Source of the DNA: Synechococcus sp.
GTDB taxonomy: Bacteria > Cyanobacteriota > Cyanobacteriia > Thermostichales > PCC-7336
NCBI GenBank assembly: GCA_051439605.1
Contig: JBFRWN010000045.1
Location: forward strand, 1 to 13,495
Direction: 5' to 3'
Length of the DNA: 13,495 bases
Shown: positions 8,305-13,495 of the stretch, piece by piece
Layout of the letters: each line of letters begins with the position of its first letter
Numbering within the stretch: the first letter of the stretch is position 1
Notes under the pieces: model-generated
Told to the model about the DNA's origin: nothing
Databases searched by the model: none
What the model saw: only the letters and a program-made list of their open reading frames with translations
Translations under genes and position numbers: made by a program

Positions 8305-9966
8305 TTATTGCCCAGATAGGATCGCTTCTTCCACCTCGGCTTCCGTCAGCGATCGCGTCAAAGCAAAGTTAAATTCGCCTCCATTTGGCGTAGGGATGGA
8401 AAACTCTGCCAGTAGAGTTTCGTATTCATCCGATTCAACAATGTAAGTCTGCATCAAGACTGTAGCCAAACCATTCAGTTCGGGGTGGGCTAGCTCTGGT
8501 TCGGGGCCTAGAAACTATTGAGGGAGGTTAAAAACGTCTTCTCCTCTGTCCCCCGGCAAAAAAGAAAAATGAGTACCATTTTCCACCAATACCAAGTAAC
8601 GATGCTCATTCGTCAACCAAGTAAAAGGGTTGACCTGCTCTCCCATTGCAGGAGCAAAAAAATCGTTAGAGCCCACTATTATCATGGTGGGGATTTGAAT
8701 TTGACTGAACCCATCAGGTCCGAAAAGAGCACTTCCAATGGGGTTGATCGCCAAAATGGCGGCTACGCGATCGTCTGCGATCTCGTACTCTTCTGCAGGT
8801 AGTTCCAGCACCTGGCATTGCAGCAACAACGATAAGTTGAAAGGAAGAATAGTTCTTTTAGAATCGCTGCAGACTTGGTTGAGATAGTCAAAATCGAATT
8901 GTGCTCCACCTGCAGCCAATGCGGTATAACCTCCCAAAGAATGGCCGACCAACCCGATGCGATCCGTTCGAACCTTACCTTCCCAAGCCGGATCGATTGT
9001 GGCCTGTTGCTCTAAATAATCTAATAACGCTGTGATATCTAGAGGACGGCGAATGGCTACCTCTGTCTCGGGTTCTTTTTCAAATCCCGCAATGTATTGT
9101 TGGTATCGGGTCGCATCGGTCGTGGGATGCTCAATTGCCGCAACAGCATAACCTTGCGAGGCCAGATGCTCGGCCAGATAGGCAAATGTGTTGCGATTGG
9201 AGGCCAGGCCGTGGGAGATAACGACCAAAGGGGCGGGCTCTTCGAGATTCTTTGGGAAATAGATATCCACCGCAACTTCTTCGCCTGGATCTCGAACAGG
9301 GTTGGTAATTTCAACAGTAGTTCTCGACCACTCAAACGAACCAGGTTGTCTCGGATCGGGCAAATTGGCCAGAAGTGCCTCGTCGGAAGTGAAGCCAGTA
9401 GCACCCTTCTGCCGAATGTAAGCAAAAATACTTTTGCTATTTAGCAGAATGTCATCGAGGTCGTTAGACGCTTGAATGACTGAGTCAAGGTTAATGCGTA
9501 AGTCACGCAAAGGATATTTATGAATCACATTGAGGAGCGTCAAACCTTCATCATCGTAAGCAGCTAAGACCAATGCAGAACGTAGAGCCTTGAAGTTCGA
9601 TTCTGGAGTACCACCCCAGAAAAGTCCGTTCAAACGCCGAAGGAGTGCCTCACCAGCTGTATCGTTCACAAAAGTCGATACCGTTCTGGGAGTAACATTC
9701 AAAGTTTCTTGCAACAGGTCGCGTAAACCAGCAAGCTCTCGCTCCGTTAGACGATCGGCATACCATTTCAAGCTACGGGGAATCTCTCCCGTTCTGACAA
9801 AAAAGGCCAGGTCGCCAACATCAATTGCTCTCTGTCCGCCACTAGCTCGAATGCTTAAACGCTCTGCGGCAGAACAGGGAAGACTGAGAACCATTGCAGA
9901 AAAAAGACTACAAACTATGGTGCCAACTACAGCACCTAGACCTTTGAGTAGGGATTTTTTGTACAT
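8305..9966 (-). pseudogene. DUF1400 plus alpha/beta hydrolase (predicted dienelactone hydrolase/PAF-AH-like) with one in-frame TAG at 8515-8517
   Basis: Signal peptide ending ...CSA-AERL, DUF1400-like N-domain, ISHGLAS, nucleophile elbow GHSLGG, Asp in GSNDFFAP and His in GTHFSF. After the TAG the frame continues for 69 codons (FLGPEPELAHPELNGLATVLMQTYIV...EVEEAILSGQ) to TAA at 8305-8307. The 483-aa truncated form may still be expressed. Confidence 0.8.
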
Positions 9967-10139
9967 TGTTTCAAACTACACTTTTCTTGGCAGAGTACTT
10001 ACTTATTGCACATTTCACCGTGGATCTCACAAATACTATGGAAGCTAAGTAGTGAGGGAAATTGATCGCAAATTGTATAAAACTTTCCTGGAGTTGTTTT
10101 TTACATCACTTTTTAATTACTTGTATCGTGAAAAAAAAG

Positions 10140-11963
10140 ATGGCCGGAGAAATAAGCATATTTCAGTATTGGCTGAACACCGCCAGAAAATTCTTTCGAT
10201 CGAGCTTGCCAATCGCCTGCTTGCTGACCCTTTTCCTGAATTTTCTCTGGGTTCCTTCAGCAGTTGGGCAAACCGCCCCATCTCGCTTCGTCGATCGGCT
10301 GTTCGAATTGAGCGGAGGCATTCTCCAACTGCGGCCTGCAACAACTGTATTTAGACGCGGCAATCTCGAATACTCCTACGTCACTTTCGATGGTTACAGC
10401 CTGTTTCCACTCGCGGTAGAAGCTCCACTACCGGGTGCACAAGCTAGTGAAACCGAAGCCAGTCTTCGCCCAGTTGTTCAACGGGTAGAGTATTTCGAGA
10501 ACAATCTGCGGCAAGTCGTAGCTTTAGAGTATCTACCCTTCCAGCTGGAAGTGACAGCGGAATTGGTTGGCGAAGAACTAGTAATTTTTGTTTCCGACTC
10601 GAAGACTTTTGTCGAGCAAAGGGTGGGCTTGGTAACGGAAGAGGATGCCCTCCTATTAGGACAAGAGATTGACGAACTGGCAGAGGAGCGGGTAAAGGTC
10701 GTTCGTAAGGCATTGATCCGCGCACGTGCGGAACGCAAACTCAACTACCTGCAAGCGCAGGCTCTGAAGGGTTTGGCGATCGCACTAGTGACGTTGGCAA
10801 GCAGTTTAATTCTGATGCGTGTCCAACGAGTTTTGCTCAAAAGGATGAAACAATCTTTGCAATCTCATCCACTGCCAAAATGGCCGAAATCATTCAGTCA
10901 TAGTTCGGATATGAGTGAGCTACAAGATGAAACCCTAGATCTTCTATTGAATTCACATATAGCTGAATCGCGCTCGGACTTCTCCACAAAACAAAGATTG
11001 AACGCAGTTAGCCGCTATATATTGCGAACAATACAAGTAGCGATCTGGCTGGGTGGAATAGTTTGGTTTATGATGCTTTTTCCATACAGTCGCGACCTAG
11101 GTTTGTGGTTGCTGAATTTGCCAGTTCGTCTATTGCTCTTTATCTTATTCGTGATACTAGTCAAAAGAGCAATTGATTTTTTTATCAATTCCATGATTTG
11201 GTCATGGGTTGATAGAAATATTTATTCAGGCGTAGCTTCCCGACGTCACATCAAACGTGCACCAAGTTTATCCACTGCTTACAAAACTTTGACGCAAACA
11301 GTTGCTATTTTGGCAATTTCAGTTATGGTCCTATTTGAACTATTGCGCTTGCCAACCATTACATTAGTTACGGCAGTTGGTGTGATCGGCTTTGCCGCGC
11401 AAAGTATAATAAAAGACCTGCTCAACGGATGTTTTATTTTATGGGAGGACCAATACGCGATTGGCGATATTGTGACAATTAACGACTTCACAGGATATGT
11501 AGAATATATTGGTTTACGTATAACAAAGGTTCGCAGTTTAGATGGCGAGCTGATTACTATTGCTAACCATACAATCGATACCGCGTGTAACTTGACCAAC
11601 CAATGGTCTCGACTCAACTTAGGGATTGATGTAGCCTATGGTACCGATCTAGATAAGGCAATTTCTGTCATCAATGAAGTAGCTCAAAACTTAAAGGAAG
11701 ATGCGGCTTGGGAAGAATTAATTCTTGAACCCCCGCTTGTATTGGGGGTGGATGGTTTTGGGGATAATAGCATCACCATCCGCCTGTTGATTACCACGCG
11801 ACCGATGCGGCAGTGGGATGTAGGTCGCGAATATCGATTGCGAATAAAAAAGGCATTTGATGAGGTCGGTATAACTATTCCGTATCCCCAGCGTTCATTG
11901 TGGATTGAAAACTCGTTACCCTTTAAGAATTCTAGAAATAATGACATCGAATCTACTTCTTAA
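10140..11963 (+). CDS. Mechanosensitive ion channel, MscS family, with a large N-terminal extension
   Basis: C-terminal MscS motifs: IGFAAQSIIKDLLNGCFILWEDQYAIGD, GYVEYIGLRITKVRSLDGELITIAN, GIDVAYGTDLD, QWDVGREYRLRIKKAFDEVGITIPYPQR. The start is uncertain; ATG 10140 is preferred over TTG 10062. Confidence 0.92.
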   Translation: MAGEISIFQYWLNTARKFFRSSLPIACLLTLFLNFLWVPSAVGQTAPSRFVDRLFELSGGILQLRPATTVFRRGNLEYSYVTFDGYSLFPLAVEAPLPGAQASETEASLRPVVQRVEYFENNLRQVVALEYLPFQLEVTAELVGEELVIFVSDSKTFVEQRVGLVTEEDALLLGQEIDELAEERVKVVRKALIRARAERKLNYLQAQALKGLAIALVTLASSLILMRVQRVLLKRMKQSLQSHPLPKWPKSFSHSSDMSELQDETLDLLLNSHIAESRSDFSTKQRLNAVSRYILRTIQVAIWLGGIVWFMMLFPYSRDLGLWLLNLPVRLLLFILFVILVKRAIDFFINSMIWSWVDRNIYSGVASRRHIKRAPSLSTAYKTLTQTVAILAISVMVLFELLRLPTITLVTAVGVIGFAAQSIIKDLLNGCFILWEDQYAIGDIVTINDFTGYVEYIGLRITKVRSLDGELITIANHTIDTACNLTNQWSRLNLGIDVAYGTDLDKAISVINEVAQNLKEDAAWEELILEPPLVLGVDGFGDNSITIRLLITTRPMRQWDVGREYRLRIKKAFDEVGITIPYPQRSLWIENSLPFKNSRNNDIESTS

Positions 11964-12052
11964 GGAATAGCAATTAATAGGATCAAATTCTTTGCTTCCC
12001 CGAGCAAACCTGAAGCTTATAAGTGGTAGGAAAATTTGGATAGATCTCTGCG

Positions 12053-12212
12053 TCCTATCAGGGTTTTTTGTTTTTTACTGAGAAACTGGACATTCATGTG
12101 CAGCGTTTGTCCGGAAAGAGTCGGCAAAAGTCCAACGGAATTGATGAGGGGGCAGCCACATCTGCATGGTTGGCTTTTGGGCTTCGAAAGATTCAAGCGC
12201 AAGCCAGCTTAG
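12053..12212 (+). pseudogene. Decayed 3' tail of a transposase of uncertain family
   Basis: Manual translation gives ...FLLRNWTFMCSVCPERVGKSPTELMRGQPHLHGWLLGFERFKRKPA* (TAG 12210-12212). From memory this resembles the 'FFLNHRxFMRS..ERxGKSPxELMTGQxHPHWLxLLG' C-terminus of a transposase group. An IS-end-like sequence CAATTTTTTGCGACACTGCC follows at 12301-12320. Confidence 0.55.
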
Positions 12213-12367
12213 CTGCGTAGATCGATTCTGGAAAGCGTACACATCCAAAAGCCACCATACGTTGGCCAGCTTTCTCCTGTTTTTCATACCCAAAATTAGC
12301 CAATTTTTTGCGACACTGCCAGAAAATCTCAGGTAACTCTACCAATTCTTTGGTTCGATAAGTACAC

Positions 12368-12672
12368 TGTTGGATCTTGAATAATCGTACCCCTTAAAGT
12401 CTTGAAAAAGCGTGCCCCTTCTCTAGCTCCTCAAAATCTCTAGAACATAGGCTAAGGAATGGTTTCAGCCGGTATCCGTTAAGGGGGCTACACGGAAAGG
12501 TCGAGCCTGAAAGTAGTAATACTCCCACACCTGCTGATAGCAGCCTCCCATTCCGTCCCAAGTTTCAGTTGGTGCCAAGTTGTGAAATCCCCTCAGATCC
12601 AAGAATCTAGATGATTCTAGGGAGGTACGATTTTATAAGACTTAGGGAGGTACGATTTTTCGAGACTTGACA
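12368..12672. mobile_element. 305-bp non-autonomous element with IS21-type TGT...ACA ends and two tandem 25-bp sites per end
   Basis: Left end: TGTTGGATCTTGAATAATCGTACCCCTT then AAAGTCTTGAAAAAGCGTGCCCCTT (12368-12420). Right end, reverse complement: TGTCAAGTCTCGAAAAATCGTACCTCCCT then AAGTCTTATAAAATCGTACCTCCCT (12672-12619). No target duplication seen. Confidence 0.75.
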
Positions 12673-12678
12673 TGTCGC

Positions 12679-12932
12679 TTATTTTTGCACCTTTAATCGT
12701 TTCTTGATTTCCTCGATCATCGATAAGCTAAGGCTCATGAATTTCTGTTTAGATTGCTGACGTCGCGCTTGCATCTTCATCTGAGCTGTGTCAGGCAAGT
12801 AGTGAGTCTCATCTATACGATTTCGACGCAACTCTCGCGAAATTGTACTTGCAGAGCGATTCATTTCTTTTGCTATTGCGCGAATTGGCAACTTGTCGAT
12901 GCTCTGATATTGGTACAGATCGATTCGTTCCT
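12679..12932 (-). pseudogene. IS30 family transposase N-terminal HTH fragment
   Basis: ERIDLYQYQSIDKLPIRAIAKEMNRSASTISRELRRN...YLPDTAQ matches the HTH_38 of IS30 transposases. It is truncated at both ends and lacks a DDE domain. Confidence 0.85.
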
Positions 12933-13174
12933 GGGTCTTGCGGATTTTGTGGAGTGACTTTCTGGTCTTTGCTAAAACGCCATAGGCCTTATAAATAAAA
13001 GATTTCAGCCATTCCAATGTTGTGCAAATTTTCCCCTACAGGAACTGTGATGGTCCGTTTATTGGTGAATTTAGGGCAATAAGCAAGGATTTACACGTCG
13101 CTGAGATTTGCCCTAAATCTGGAAATGCCTTTTATATCAATGCTTTCAAGCTCTCCACAAAATCCGCAAGAACC
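12933..13174. mobile_element. 242-bp MITE with ISL3-type terminal inverted repeats
   Basis: GGGTCTTGCGGATTTTGTGGAG (12933-12954) matches the reverse complement of 13153-13174, GGTTCTTGCGGATTTTGTGGAG, at 21/22. GG(T/C)TCT termini are typical of ISL3. Internal 11-bp inverted repeat at 13069-13079/13108-13118. Confidence 0.75.
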
Positions 13175-13233
13175 AGGAACGAATTACCCAAGCTCTTGCT
13201 CAAAAGTAGTGAGCGCTCCAGAAATCCTATAAT

Positions 13234-13386
13234 TCAATCTCTATCAACCAACGGCTCCTGACAGTTATCCTCCCAATCCACCAGCAACAGCTCTTTTCGC
13301 TCCGAGAACGCCGACACGATCCTCGTCAGAGCTTCTCCACTCAATGACGCGCACTGCAAACAAGTGGGATTGACGGGCTTGGGCAT
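13234..13386 (-). CDS. Small 50-aa CxxC-containing ORF, hypothetical and possibly truncated
   Basis: Manual translation gives MPKPVNPTCLQCASLSGEALTRIVSAFSERKELLLVDWEDNCQEPLVDRD*. From memory, the N-terminus resembles a cyanobacterial plasmid-associated hypothetical family. Confidence 0.35.
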   Translation of the reverse strand: MPKPVNPTCLQCASLSGEALTRIVSAFSERKELLLVDWEDNCQEPLVDRD

Positions 13387-13495
13387 CCCTCATTTCGAGC
13401 CCGACGACTCAAACGACCAACTACCGGTAGATTAGCGAAATTTTTCTCGTTGTACCCGCCTCTATATCCGAGTTTATCCACTATAGATAACTGTC

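Larger units (their letters stand above)
1071..8356. repeat. Dispersed HIP1 octamers (GCGATCGC)
   Basis: Copies seen at 1071, 1414, 1638, 3989 and 8349, consistent with a cyanobacterial host. Confidence 0.7.

Noticed and set aside
6116..8517. Possible TAG recoding (in-frame TAG in both the ISKra4 gene and the hydrolase)
   Set aside because: The transposase also has a TAA, a frameshift and an insertion, and TAG is a normal stop at 1065 and 3605.
9967..10139. Sigma70 promoter or CRP/NtcA site in the divergent spacer
   Set aside because: TTGCAC and TACTAT are 22 bp apart, and no full consensus palindrome is present.
12021..12049. AAGTGGTAGGAAAATTTGGATAGATCTCT as another IS end
   Set aside because: It looks terminus-like, but no partner IR or associated transposase is in the window.
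12619..12668. Tandem 25-bp repeats as a CRISPR array or iterons
   Set aside because: There are only two adjacent copies with no spacers. Inverted counterparts at 12368-12420 with TGT/ACA termini fit transposon ends better.
13022..13261. 79-aa plus-strand ORF
   Set aside because: It runs across the MITE interior and its IR, with no recognisable motifs; probably spurious.

Overview
This looks like a cyanobacterial accessory or plasmid-like region (HIP1 octamers, Uma2, DUF3854, DUF1400 hydrolase). The GC-rich left 3.6 kb is the 3' part of a large TrwC/TraI-like helicase gene fused to a DUF3854 Toprim/primase-like domain and a second, degenerate Toprim-like domain. Its linker carries a probable overprinted 107-aa gene in another frame (742-1065, own GAGGAG ribosome-binding site), reminiscent of RSF1010 mobA-repB'/mobB. 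Next come an intact IS256-family element (26-bp IRs, 8-bp target duplication), an orphan Rpn/DUF2887 C-terminal mini-ORF, a Uma2 nuclease gene, a decayed ISKra4-like transposase interrupted by a 123-bp MITE, marC, an alpha/beta hydrolase gene with one in-frame amber stop, and a large MscS channel gene. The last 1.5 kb is a dense cluster of mobile-element remnants: a transposase tail, an IS21-type miniature element, an IS30 fragment and an ISL3-type miniature element. Family assignments come from motif recognition only; no searches were run.
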